From assembly GCA_034667725.1 (NCBI GenBank), contig JAXDQS010000010.1, positions 32,001 to 96,000 on the forward strand: DNA of 64,000 nt, written 5' to 3'. A program made the translations under genes and the position numbers. Shown piece by piece: positions 19,219-30,580 of the stretch (positions are counted from its first letter, which is position 1; every line of letters starts with the position of its first letter). Source of the DNA: Thermoplasmata archaeon (GTDB taxonomy: Archaea; Thermoplasmatota; E2; JACPAO01; JAHFTW01). The notes below the pieces were generated by a model. That model was not told the DNA's origin. It did not search any database and was given only the letters and a program-made list of their open reading frames with translations.

Positions 19219-20179
19219 GGGCGCCGCCCTCCCTGGACCCCCGGACGACGGGGACGAGCAGCCCCTCCTGAGCCTCGACGAGATCGTGATGCAGGAGGTC
19301 GCGTCGAACGACGAGTGGGCCTACCGCCAGGCCGACCGGCTGCGCGCTGCGATGCCCGACCGCGTCGGCGGCCCCGACCGGCGCACCGAGGGCGAGGTGT
19401 TCGACCAGCCCACGCTGCTGACGCTGCACAAGTTCCTGGTCCACGGCGTGCTGAAGTCGCTCGATTTCCCGGTGGCCACCGGCAAGGAGGCGAACGTGTT
19501 CCGCGGCACGACGCCGCGCGGCGGCTACGTCGCCGTCAAGATCTACCGCATCAACACGGCGACCTTCAAGCACGTCCTGAAGTACATCCAGGGCGACGAG
19601 CGCTTCGAGGGCGTCACCGGCGACAAGCGCGGCCTGGTGCACGCCTGGTGCCAGAAGGAGTTCCGCAACCTGGCCCGCCTGCGCGACGCCGGGGTCATGG
19701 TCCCCGAGCCCATCAAGGCCACCTCGAACGTCCTGGTCACGGAGTACCTCGGCACCAAGCAGGGCCCGTGGCCGCGCCTCCAGGAGCTGCGCGACCTGCC
19801 CGACCCGCAGCGGCTCTACGACCAGCTGGTCGAGCAGTACCTTCTCGCCTACAACAAGGCCGACCTGATCCACGCCGACCTGTCGGAGTACAACGTGCTC
19901 GTGGCCAACGCCGACCAGCCCGCCAACAAGTGGGAGGCCCGCATCATCGACGTCGGGCAGGCCGTCCTCAAGTCCCATCCCATGGCCGCCGAGTTCATCG
20001 AGCGCGACCTGCGGAACCTTGCGAACTACTTCCGCCGCAAGGGCGTGGACGCCGATCCCTTGGCGATCCGCGCCCGCCTGGTGCACGAGCGCGCCCGCGA
20101 CTCGGAGCCGAAGGCGCTTGCCGGCCGGGGCCGCCGCTCCCGTCGCCCCTGGAGCGAGGGCGGGGAGGAGGAAGAATGA
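19205..20179 (+). CDS. rio1: RIO1 family Ser/Thr kinase
   Basis: TGKEANVF, AVKIYR, KEFRNL, IHADLSEYNV and IIDVGQAV motifs; conserved eIF1A-rio1-KH order. Confidence 0.95.
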   Translation: MSASEGAALPGPPDDGDEQPLLSLDEIVMQEVASNDEWAYRQADRLRAAMPDRVGGPDRRTEGEVFDQPTLLTLHKFLVHGVLKSLDFPVATGKEANVFRGTTPRGGYVAVKIYRINTATFKHVLKYIQGDERFEGVTGDKRGLVHAWCQKEFRNLARLRDAGVMVPEPIKATSNVLVTEYLGTKQGPWPRLQELRDLPDPQRLYDQLVEQYLLAYNKADLIHADLSEYNVLVANADQPANKWEARIIDVGQAVLKSHPMAAEFIERDLRNLANYFRRKGVDADPLAIRARLVHERARDSEPKALAGRGRRSRRPWSEGGEEEE

Positions 20180-20724
20180 CCGTCGTCCTCAGGATCCCGG
20201 GCGACCGCATCGGCGTCCTGATCGGCCCCAACGGCGACACCCGCCGCCTCTTGACGCAGCGCAGCGGCATCCGCATCGAGGTCGACTCGGAGCTCAACGA
20301 GGTGTCGCTGTACACGCTGGAGCCTGGCGTGGACGCCGTCATGGCGCTCAAGCTGCGCGACATCGTCAAGGCCATCGGGCGCGGCTTCAGCCCCGAGCAC
20401 GCGATGCGGCTGTTCTCGGACGACTGCTACTTCGAGCTCCTGGACTTCCACGACTACGTCGGCAAGCACAAGGGCCACATCCGCCGCGTCACCAGCCGCC
20501 TCATCGGCAGCGAGGGCAAGACCCGGCGCATCATCGAGGAGCAGACCGGCTGCGACCTGGCCATCTACGGCCACACCGTCGGCATCATCGGCGACCTGGA
20601 GGACCTCGGCAACGCCAAGCAGGCGGTGGACATGATCCTGCGCGGCGCCGAGCACGCCTCGGTGTACCGGTTCCTCGAGAACCAGCGCCGCAAGGCGCGG
20701 CGGTCGAACGCCGAGCTCTGGTAG
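20176..20724 (+). CDS. KH-domain ribosome biogenesis protein (Dim2/Pno1-like)
   Basis: RIGVLIG, AIGRGFSPE, RLIGSEGKTR and GAEHASVYRFL motifs. Confidence 0.92.
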   Translation: MTVVLRIPGDRIGVLIGPNGDTRRLLTQRSGIRIEVDSELNEVSLYTLEPGVDAVMALKLRDIVKAIGRGFSPEHAMRLFSDDCYFELLDFHDYVGKHKGHIRRVTSRLIGSEGKTRRIIEEQTGCDLAIYGHTVGIIGDLEDLGNAKQAVDMILRGAEHASVYRFLENQRRKARRSNAELW

Positions 20725-20725
20725 A

Positions 20726-22630
<1,905 letters not shown>

Positions 22631-22763
22631 CGGACCGACCTTGCCGCGGAAGCGGCCGGCCCTCATCCAAGCGCCGCCATTTGAAGGCTTGCTGGCGGGT
22701 CCGTGCGGCTTCGTGGCGGCGGCGCGGCTTTCCGCCGCCCGCCCACGAAGCGCGGACGCCGGC

Positions 22764-25025
22764 TCAGTCGCGCCGCCGCACCGCGAGCGCCACGACCATG
22801 CCGGCAAGGGCCGCCGCGGCCAGGCCGGCGGCGAGCATCATGCCCACGTCGGTGCCGGCGCTGGCCGGGGTCGCGACCATGCCTTGCAGGCTGCGCGAGC
22901 GCTCGGCGGGGGCGCCTGCGACGACGGGGTCGAGCTCGCCGGCCGCGAGGAGCGCGCAGGCGTCGCCGTGGCGGTCGCCGTAGCTGTCCTCTTGGCCCGC
23001 GTTGGGCGTGAACAGGCAGTTGTCGCCGAGGTTGGCGATGCCGTCGCCGTCGATGTCGTCGTCGCACAGGTCGCCCTGCGAGTCCTTGTCCGCGTCGGCC
23101 TGGTCGGCGTTGGCGGCCTTGCTGCAGTTGTCGAGGCTGTTGGCGAAGAAGTCGCCGTCGCGGTCGGGGTCGCACGCGTCGCCGACGCCGTCCAGGTCCT
23201 GGTCGGCCTGGTCGGCGTTGGTGGTGAGGGCGCAGTTGTCCATGCTGTCGACCTGGAGGTCGGAGTCGGTGTCGACGTCCACCAAGGACGGGTCGACGCC
23301 GTCGCGCGGCGGGGTGAGGTGGCCGGGCAGGACGCTGGAGACCTGGGTGGGGATGCCGCACTCGGTGATGCCGGTGGCCAGCACGCGCTTGGTCACGGCG
23401 TACACGTAGCCGGCGTCGTCCTGGATGGTCAGCTTGACCGTGTAGGCGCCGCTCAGGCGGTAGGTGTGGACCGGGTCCTGGTCGCTGGCGGTGTCGCCGT
23501 CGCCGAACTCCCAGGTCCAGGCGACGATGGGCGTCGAGCCGGGCACCGAGGTGTCGAGGAAGCTGACCGGGTGGGGGCCGCAGCCGGAGGTGTCCATGCT
23601 GATGCCGAAGCCCGCGCTGGCCGGCTTGTAGGGCGGCGGCGGGGGCGGGGGCGGAGGCGGCGGGGGCTCGGTGGTCTCCAGGCCGCCGAAGGCCCAGATG
23701 AAAGTGTTGGGGGTGCCCGTGGTGTAGCTGCACGAGGCGCGGCTGGACGGGTTGCACTGCCCGAGCGTGTAGATGTCGGCGTCCACGTCGGTGATGGCCG
23801 TCATGGCGCCGGTCTCGTTGGCGGTCGCGCCGTAGAAGCTCAGGAACTGGATGGTCTCGGCCGGGTCGAGGCCGCCGAACTCGAAGTCGAACAGGGCGCC
23901 GTGGTCGTTGGGGCCGTTGTCGAAGACGTCGCACTGGTCGGGCGGGCCGACGAAGCTCATGCTGGAGCGCGCCGAGGTGGGCTTCTTGTCCTCGAAGCCG
24001 TTGTCGCTGCTGAACGCCAGGAACGGCGCCATCGAGGGCCAGAAGCCGGTGGAGCCCGCGACCGGCCTGGCGGCGGGCGGCGGGCTGCAGGTGCTGCCGC
24101 CTAGGGTGGGGCTGCCGCCCGGGGGCGGGTAGCCGCACGCCGTGCTGTAGGCGGTGGGGCCGACGACGGGGACGGAGTAGAGGTAGCCGATCACCAGGTA
24201 GGCGGGGTAGGTCCAGCAGGCGCCGGGGGGAACCGGGCTGGGGCCGGTCGAGGGGGGCGTGATGGGGATGCCGCCGCCCGTGATGGCCGGGTTGTGGGCG
24301 ATGGTGACGTACTCGGAGAACGGCGTGGGCTCGATGTCCCAGTCCATGCCGCGGCGGTAGCGGACGTTCTCCAGCGGCAGGAGGCCGGCGTTCTCGATGG
24401 TGACGTTCACCACGTACATGTAGGCCGACATGGGGCTGGGCCGGAACTGGTGGGTGACCTGGAGGTCGCCGCAGCGCACGACCGAGATGGCGCTGGTGGC
24501 GGTCGAGGAGAACGAGACCAGCGTGAGGCCCTCGACGGACGGCCAGCCGGCGGTGTCGGCCTTGCAGGAGGTGGTGCTGGGCGCGCCGCCGGAGGGCCAG
24601 GGCGGCAGCGGCGGGGGGAGCGGGCCGATGGGCGACGGCGGGATGGTGCCCGGCGGGACGGGTGCCGCGGCCCCGATGTCGTAGGCGACGCCCCATCCTT
24701 CGCAGGTGCAGCCGGGGCTGGTGGCGTCGTTGTTGGTCGGCATGTAGCGGATGCCCACGACCGAGGTGCCGCTGGAGGCGGACGAGGTGCCGCAGCAGTA
24801 GTTCAGCTCGCCGTAGTTGTTGACGCCGAGCTGCACCTTGCCGTTGTTGATGATGGCGCCCGCGTCGGCGTCCACGGCGAGGTAGACGGCGGCGCACAGC
24901 AGGACGATGGCGCCCAAGCCCAGGAGGAGGGACGCACGGCCATCAGCGAAACGGGACTGCACACTCGTGGACACTGGACCGACCTGCCGCCTGGAAACGG
25001 CACGGGCCGATTGCAGGCTCGGCAT
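22764..25025 (-). CDS. Secreted PKD + TSP3 protein with C-terminal membrane anchor (paralogue 2)
   Basis: Same architecture as paralogue 1: GCxCEGWG, MDWDxEPTPF, WTWEFGDG, TSP3 repeats, TM + RRRD. Start uncertain. Confidence 0.85.
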   Translation of the reverse strand: MPSLQSARAVSRRQVGPVSTSVQSRFADGRASLLLGLGAIVLLCAAVYLAVDADAGAIINNGKVQLGVNNYGELNYCCGTSSASSGTSVVGIRYMPTNNDATSPGCTCEGWGVAYDIGAAAPVPPGTIPPSPIGPLPPPLPPWPSGGAPSTTSCKADTAGWPSVEGLTLVSFSSTATSAISVVRCGDLQVTHQFRPSPMSAYMYVVNVTIENAGLLPLENVRYRRGMDWDIEPTPFSEYVTIAHNPAITGGGIPITPPSTGPSPVPPGACWTYPAYLVIGYLYSVPVVGPTAYSTACGYPPPGGSPTLGGSTCSPPPAARPVAGSTGFWPSMAPFLAFSSDNGFEDKKPTSARSSMSFVGPPDQCDVFDNGPNDHGALFDFEFGGLDPAETIQFLSFYGATANETGAMTAITDVDADIYTLGQCNPSSRASCSYTTGTPNTFIWAFGGLETTEPPPPPPPPPPPPYKPASAGFGISMDTSGCGPHPVSFLDTSVPGSTPIVAWTWEFGDGDTASDQDPVHTYRLSGAYTVKLTIQDDAGYVYAVTKRVLATGITECGIPTQVSSVLPGHLTPPRDGVDPSLVDVDTDSDLQVDSMDNCALTTNADQADQDLDGVGDACDPDRDGDFFANSLDNCSKAANADQADADKDSQGDLCDDDIDGDGIANLGDNCLFTPNAGQEDSYGDRHGDACALLAAGELDPVVAGAPAERSRSLQGMVATPASAGTDVGMMLAAGLAAAALAGMVVALAVRRRD

Positions 25026-25153
25026 TTGAATCCTTCCCGGCGGCTCCCCGTCCTTTCGTGGAGCGGCGGCGGAAACCGGCGGCCCGCCCGCGCCTTCGGC
25101 AGCGCCCGCGCCTGACCGAGTCCCTCTAAGAAGCCCCCGGCCGTCGCCGCGGC

Positions 25154-26458
25154 GTGGCTGACAGCGCGGGGCCTTCGGACGTCGGTTGGGCGGAGCTGCG
25201 CTCCACGGGCGTCCTGCTGCTGTTCTTCGTGGCCAACATCCTGCTGGCGGCGCTGTTCGCGTCGCCGTTCCGGGCGGCGGGGCTGCAGGCCTTCGAGGAT
25301 CCGCAGGACGTCGGCAACTCGCTCTGGTACCTGGTCCTCATCCTGGCGTTCACGTTCCTCATCCTGTGGATCGCCAAGCGCGGCCACAAGTGGCTCATCC
25401 GCCTCCTGATCCTGGGCGCCGTCGGCTCCACCGTCGCCTACGTCGTGCTGCCCCTGGCCGCCCAGTTCCCTGGCCTCCAGGAGCCCACCTGGGAAGGAAT
25501 CCCGGTGGTGCCGCTGGTGCTGGCCGTCGTGCTGGCGGCCGCCTGCGTCTTCGCCCTCTACCGCAACCCCGAGTGGTACGTCATCGACGCCGTCGGCCTG
25601 CTGGTGGCGTCGGCCTCGTCGGCCATCTTCGGCATCAGCCTCGGCGTCGTGCCGGTCCTGGTGCTGCTGGCGGCGCTCGCGGCCTACGACGCCATCGCCG
25701 TGTACCGCACCAAGCACATGCTGTCGCTGGCGGACACGGTCATCGAGCTGCGCCTGCCGGTGTTGCTGGTCATCCCGAAGCACGGCGGCTACCGCTTCCG
25801 CCGCCAGGCCGCCCAGTTCAAGCAGGCCAGCGCCGAGAACAAGCACGAGCGCGAGGCGATGTTCATGGGCCTCGGCGACCTCGTGATGCCCACCATCCTG
25901 GTCGTCTGCGCCCTGGCGTTCCTGCCCCACCTGACCGCGCTCCCCATGGAGGCGCATGAGCTGGAGAGCGAGGCCGCCGGGCTGCCGCTGGAGCTGGAGG
26001 TCGCGTCGGCCGGCGGGCATCCTGCCGCCGTCACGTACCGCATCACGTCTCCGGACACCAACTCGACCTACTGGGAATGGAGCCTGGACCGCGACGGCGA
26101 CGGCACCCCCGACCACTCGGGCGCCGGCCTGCCCGCCCAGGTCACGGTGCAGGTCGCGCAGCCCGAGCTGGCCATCGCCCGCGCCCACGCCACCAGCTCC
26201 GGCATGGCGCAGGGTTGGGCCAACAGCACCGTCCAGGCCGACTACACCTCCCAGGGCTGGCACCTGGGCGCCATGCTGCTGTTCGCCAACCTGCCCGCCA
26301 TGGGGGCCGCCATCGGCACCTTGGTCGGCTTCGGCGTCCTCATGGCCTTCGTGCTGCGCGGCAACCCGCAGGCCGGCCTGCCCCTCCTGAACGGCGGCGC
26401 CATCGCCGGCTTCCTCGTGGGCCTGTACGCCGCCACCGGCTCGTTCCGGTTCTGGTGA
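25154..26458 (+). CDS. Presenilin-family intramembrane aspartyl protease (PSH)
   Basis: YDAIAVYRTKHM (YD), MGLGD (GxGD) and PQAGLPLLNGG motifs. Confidence 0.92.
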   Translation: MADSAGPSDVGWAELRSTGVLLLFFVANILLAALFASPFRAAGLQAFEDPQDVGNSLWYLVLILAFTFLILWIAKRGHKWLIRLLILGAVGSTVAYVVLPLAAQFPGLQEPTWEGIPVVPLVLAVVLAAACVFALYRNPEWYVIDAVGLLVASASSAIFGISLGVVPVLVLLAALAAYDAIAVYRTKHMLSLADTVIELRLPVLLVIPKHGGYRFRRQAAQFKQASAENKHEREAMFMGLGDLVMPTILVVCALAFLPHLTALPMEAHELESEAAGLPLELEVASAGGHPAAVTYRITSPDTNSTYWEWSLDRDGDGTPDHSGAGLPAQVTVQVAQPELAIARAHATSSGMAQGWANSTVQADYTSQGWHLGAMLLFANLPAMGAAIGTLVGFGVLMAFVLRGNPQAGLPLLNGGAIAGFLVGLYAATGSFRFW

Positions 26459-26547
26459 GGCAAAACATCCGCGCCTCGGAATCAAGACGGAGCCACACAA
26501 GAAGCCTGATATCCGTCCGACCCTTGGAACGCCAACAGGGACGCAAC

Positions 26548-26829
26548 ATGGACGCCGAGGTCACTTCCTTCATCAACCTCCCTGTGTACACGCACGGCGG
26601 CCGCTACGTCGGCGTGGTCCAGAACGTCATCCTCGACCTGCCCAACCGCCGCGTCGGCTCGCTGCTCCTGACGCGCACCTCGACCAAGCTCATCGAGGGC
26701 GGCCACAACGTCGCCGTCCCCTACCGCTGGGTCGCCTCCGTCGGCGACATCGTCATCCTCAGCCACTTCCCGGACAAGGTCGTCGCCTCGGGCGCGGCCA
26801 ACCCGGAAGAAGAGCCGATCGCGGCGTAG
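26548..26829 (+). CDS. PRC-barrel domain protein
   Basis: VYTHGGRYVGVVQNVILD...VPYRWVASVGDIVIL. Confidence 0.88.
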   Translation: MDAEVTSFINLPVYTHGGRYVGVVQNVILDLPNRRVGSLLLTRTSTKLIEGGHNVAVPYRWVASVGDIVILSHFPDKVVASGAANPEEEPIAA

Positions 26830-26830
26830 C

Positions 26831-27178
26831 CTAGCCGAGGCTCGCGATCAGCCGGTCCACGCTCGGCTTGCGCACGAGCCGGTACAAGCCGGCGACGTCG
26901 GGCTCCTGGGCCGTGTAAAGGACGCGCCGGGCGTCGGGCTGCAAGGCGGCCACCAGGCGCAGGAACACGCTGCCCTTGCCGTCGGGCAGCCGCTCGTCGG
27001 TCACCACGGCGTCGAGCCGGTGCTGCTTGAGCGCCGCGAGGCCGGTCGCGATGGTGGCGGCCTCGTGGACGCGCCAGCCTTCGCCCTCCAACACGACTGT
27101 CAACGACGCCAAGGTGTCGGGGTCGTCCTCGACCAGCAAGACCTCGCGGCCTTCCGGGTTTGCTTCGCTCGCTGCCAC
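26831..27178 (-). CDS. Single-domain response regulator
   Basis: LLVEDD, VVTDERLPDGKG and RKP motifs. Confidence 0.8.
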   Translation of the reverse strand: MAASEANPEGREVLLVEDDPDTLASLTVVLEGEGWRVHEAATIATGLAALKQHRLDAVVTDERLPDGKGSVFLRLVAALQPDARRVLYTAQEPDVAGLYRLVRKPSVDRLIASLG

Positions 27179-27244
27179 TAGACCACCATGCCAACCAGTC
27201 CGGGGCCGGCAGTTAGCCCTTGCCGTCGTCCGTTTTGCGGCCTT

Positions 27245-28399
27245 TCAGTCCTTGAGCGGCATCTTCTCGACGTGCGCCTCGAGGATGTCCATGCCCCGGT
27301 CGATGTTCTCCAGGCTGCAGGCGTAGCTGAAGCGCAGGTGGCCTTCGCCGAGCCGCCCGAACGCGCTGCCCGGGCTGCAGATCAAGCCCTTGGCGGCCAG
27401 GTTGAGGGCGAACTGCTCGGACGGGATGTCGAAGTCGAACTGGGGGAAGGCGTAGAACGCGCCGCCCGGCTTGACCATGTGGATGCCGCGCATCTTCCGC
27501 AGGCGGCGCGTAATCAGGTCGCGGCGTTTCTTGAACTCGCGGAACATCTGCTCCGACTGGTCCTGCGGGCCCTCGATGGCGGCGACCCCGGCCCACTGCA
27601 TCGGCGTCGGCGGGCACGCGACGGTGTAGTAGTGCATCGTCTCGATGGCCTTGACGTAGTCGCGCTTGGTGGCGATGCAGCCCAGGCGCCACCCGGTGAG
27701 GGCGTAGGTCTTGGAGAACGAGTTGACCCAGATCACGTTGTCCATGTGGCTCAAAAACGAGTTGTGCGGCGCGTCGTAGGACAGGAAGTCGTAGACCTCG
27801 TCGGCGACCACCATGATGCCGTGGTCCTCGGCGACCTCGCACAGCGCGCGCACCGTGGCGGCGTCCATGCAGGCGCCCGTGGGGTTGGAGGGGGTGTTGA
27901 CGATCAGCAGCTTGGTGCGCGGCGTGATCTTGGCCTTGATCTCCTCGACGTCGGGCTGGTACTTGTTCTCCGGCGTCAGCGAGTAGCCGATGGGGAAGGC
28001 GCCGCACAGCCGGGCCTGGCTCGGGTAGAGCACGAAGCCGGGGTCGGGCACCAGGACCTCGTCGCCGTGGTCGACGAAGGTGTGGTTGATGGTCATGAGC
28101 GCCTGGGTGGCGCCCATCGTGACGATGATGTTCTGCGCGGACACGGACTCGCCGCGGTAGTCCTTGATGCGGTGCGCGATGGCCTCCCGGAGCTGCGGCA
28201 GGCCCAGGCTGGGGCCGTAGTGGTTCTTGCCGGCGGCGACCGCGTCGGCGAGCGCCTGCGAGATGTGCGGGGCGGGCTCGAAGTCGGGCTCGCCGAGGCC
28301 CATGTTGACGGAGTCCTTGCCCGCCAGCTCGAACATCTTGCGGATGCCCGACATCTCGATGCCCAGCAGCCTGCGGGCGATCAGGCTCTTGCCGGTCAT
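27245..28399 (-). CDS. PLP-dependent aminotransferase class I/II (aspartate aminotransferase-like)
   Basis: GEPDF, NTPSNPTG, DEVY and SFSKTYALTGWRLG motifs. Confidence 0.95.
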   Translation of the reverse strand: MTGKSLIARRLLGIEMSGIRKMFELAGKDSVNMGLGEPDFEPAPHISQALADAVAAGKNHYGPSLGLPQLREAIAHRIKDYRGESVSAQNIIVTMGATQALMTINHTFVDHGDEVLVPDPGFVLYPSQARLCGAFPIGYSLTPENKYQPDVEEIKAKITPRTKLLIVNTPSNPTGACMDAATVRALCEVAEDHGIMVVADEVYDFLSYDAPHNSFLSHMDNVIWVNSFSKTYALTGWRLGCIATKRDYVKAIETMHYYTVACPPTPMQWAGVAAIEGPQDQSEQMFREFKKRRDLITRRLRKMRGIHMVKPGGAFYAFPQFDFDIPSEQFALNLAAKGLICSPGSAFGRLGEGHLRFSYACSLENIDRGMDILEAHVEKMPLKD

Positions 28400-28487
28400 G
28401 CGGCCACCTGGCGGGGCACGGCTGCGGCGACGGGGGAGGGCTAGATAACGAGGTGGGAGGATGGGCAGAGGTGGTCGGTGGGCCTGC

Positions 28488-28925
28488 CTAGAGCGGCGGG
28501 AGGACGGGCGCGATCACGACCTCGAGGTCGGCGCCGTCGTCGCGGACGTTCACGCACACGTGGCCTTGGCCCGCCAGGTCCTGGCAGGCCGGGTCGATGG
28601 CGGCGGCCGCGGCGTTGGGCGGGATGGTGACCTCGACATCGAACGAGACATCGACGCCGTTGTCGGTCACCTCGGCGCACACGAAGCCTTGGCCCGCCAG
28701 GTCCTGGCAGGTCGGCGCGGCCGCGGCCGCGACCGGCGGGATGGTGGGCGCGATGACGATCGAGACGTCGGCGCCGTCGTCGCGGATGTCGGTGCAGACG
28801 ACGCCTTGGCCAGCGAGGTCCGTGCAGGTCGGTTCCGGCGTCGCGGGCAGCAGGGCGGGCGACGCGGCGGCGAAGGTGGTGGCGGCGCCGACGGCAAGGA
28901 GGGCGGCCAAGATTGCAGGGTTCAT
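28488..28925 (-). CDS. Secreted protein with three CxDLAGQGxVC repeats
   Basis: Signal peptide, GGTGA SD, three ~37-aa internal repeats. Confidence 0.75.
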   Translation of the reverse strand: MNPAILAALLAVGAATTFAAASPALLPATPEPTCTDLAGQGVVCTDIRDDGADVSIVIAPTIPPVAAAAAPTCQDLAGQGFVCAEVTDNGVDVSFDVEVTIPPNAAAAAIDPACQDLAGQGHVCVNVRDDGADLEVVIAPVLPPL

Positions 28926-29152
28926 TTGTGTTCACCGTTGGTTGTGGGCGCCGGCCCGGGTCCCGGCGTCCGGCGCTCCATTCACCTGCCACCAAAAAGA
29001 GCTGGGCTCCGTTCCCGCATTGCCAGAATCCAAAGCCTGGATCGGGACCGGTTCACGTTCACCGCGACCAAGCCACCGCCGCGACGCGCATTCCTGGACA
29101 ACGCGTTGGCCGCATCTGGGCATTGGCCCGTTGCGGCGGTGCGCACAACTGG

Positions 29153-30580
29153 TCAGTGGTAGCGCTCGACCCGCAGCCGCTTGAACAGCGTGGCCTCGGG
29201 CTCGCCATGCTGGGCGGCAAGCTCGTCGCCGATGCGGTGGCCGTCGGTGGCGTAGCCGTAGACCAGCCACACCTCGGTCTCGTTGGCCACGATGCGGCGC
29301 AGCGCCGGCAGGTCCGCGTCGGTGACGGGACGCTGCTGCAGGAACGGCACCAGCCGCAGGTCGCTCCGGTCGCCGTAATGCTCGAAGGCGCATTGCCAGT
29401 CGCGGTCGGTCGTGGAGTCGCAGTAGCCGTCGTTGAACAGCACCAAGGCGCCCGGCGGCGCCTCCGCCTCGACGTAGGCCGTCGCCGCGCGCCAGTCCTC
29501 CTTCGAGTCCTCGGGCTCGCCGGCCATCTGGTGCAGCCCCACGGTCGCGGCGCTGGCCACTAGCAGGCCCGCCACCGCCACCGTGCGCCAAGGGGCGCGC
29601 AGCCGCAGCGCCGCGGCGGCCACGACGACGTAGAGCGGCACCGAGGCGGCGATGGCGTACTTCGGCGTGAAGACCTGCGTGTGCAGCGACAGCAGCAGCG
29701 GCAGCGCCACCGGCACCACGAGCCAGAGCACCAACAGCGGCGCGCGGCCCCTGCCGGGCCCCGGCACGCCGCCCGCCATCGGCGGGGCGCCGCGGTAGCG
29801 GGCCGCCAGCAGGGTCGCGGCGAACGCGGCCAACAGCAGCAGGCTGCCCGCGAACAGGACTGCCGTGTCGAGGAGGTGGTGCCAGGCCGGCGCAGGGATC
29901 CAGAAGCCGCCGGCCACCCGGCTGGCGCGCTCGGCCAGGATGCCCAGCCAGGGCGCGAACAGCAGCAGCACGCCGGCCTGGAGCTGGAGCCAGCGCGCCG
30001 CGGGGACGCGCGGATGCCGGCCTGGCAACGTCTGGTAGGCCCATTGGGCCGCGACGATGAACACCCCGAACAGGTGGCTGTAGAGCAGCAGCGCCGTCAG
30101 CACGACGTAGGCCGGCCCCGCCGCGCGCCGGCGCTCCAGCAGCCGCAGGTAGGCCCACATCGACGCGAGCGCCAGGAGGACGAGCAGGCTGTAGGCGCGC
30201 GCGTCGCGGGCGTTGACGACGTGGTGCAGCGACAGCGCGAGCAGGCTGGCGGCCAGGACGCCGACGCGCCGGTCGTAGAGGCGGGCCGCGACCGCGTGCA
30301 GCAGCGGGACGGCGGTGACCCCGAACACGGCGGCGGGCACGCGGACGGCCAGCTCGGACTCGCCGGCCACGCGGATCCAGAAGTGCAGCACCAGGTTGTG
30401 CAGGGGCGGGGTCTGGTCGCGGTCCGCCAGCACCTGCCAGAGGCTTTGGCGCGCGGCGTTGAGGCTGTACATCTCGTCGGCCCAGAAGCCCTGGCGGCCG
30501 AGGTCCCAGAACCGCAGCAGGGCCGCCGCTAGGACGGCCAGGGCGAGGCCCCAGGCGAGGCGTCGTCCGCCGGCGTTCAC
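29153..30580 (-). CDS. GT-C family (GT39/PMT-like) membrane glycosyltransferase
   Basis: FWADE, PPLH, ARAYSL and EDWR motifs; multi-TM; overlaps the aglB stop. Confidence 0.85.
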   Translation of the reverse strand: MNAGGRRLAWGLALAVLAAALLRFWDLGRQGFWADEMYSLNAARQSLWQVLADRDQTPPLHNLVLHFWIRVAGESELAVRVPAAVFGVTAVPLLHAVAARLYDRRVGVLAASLLALSLHHVVNARDARAYSLLVLLALASMWAYLRLLERRRAAGPAYVVLTALLLYSHLFGVFIVAAQWAYQTLPGRHPRVPAARWLQLQAGVLLLFAPWLGILAERASRVAGGFWIPAPAWHHLLDTAVLFAGSLLLLAAFAATLLAARYRGAPPMAGGVPGPGRGRAPLLVLWLVVPVALPLLLSLHTQVFTPKYAIAASVPLYVVVAAAALRLRAPWRTVAVAGLLVASAATVGLHQMAGEPEDSKEDWRAATAYVEAEAPPGALVLFNDGYCDSTTDRDWQCAFEHYGDRSDLRLVPFLQQRPVTDADLPALRRIVANETEVWLVYGYATDGHRIGDELAAQHGEPEATLFKRLRVERYH

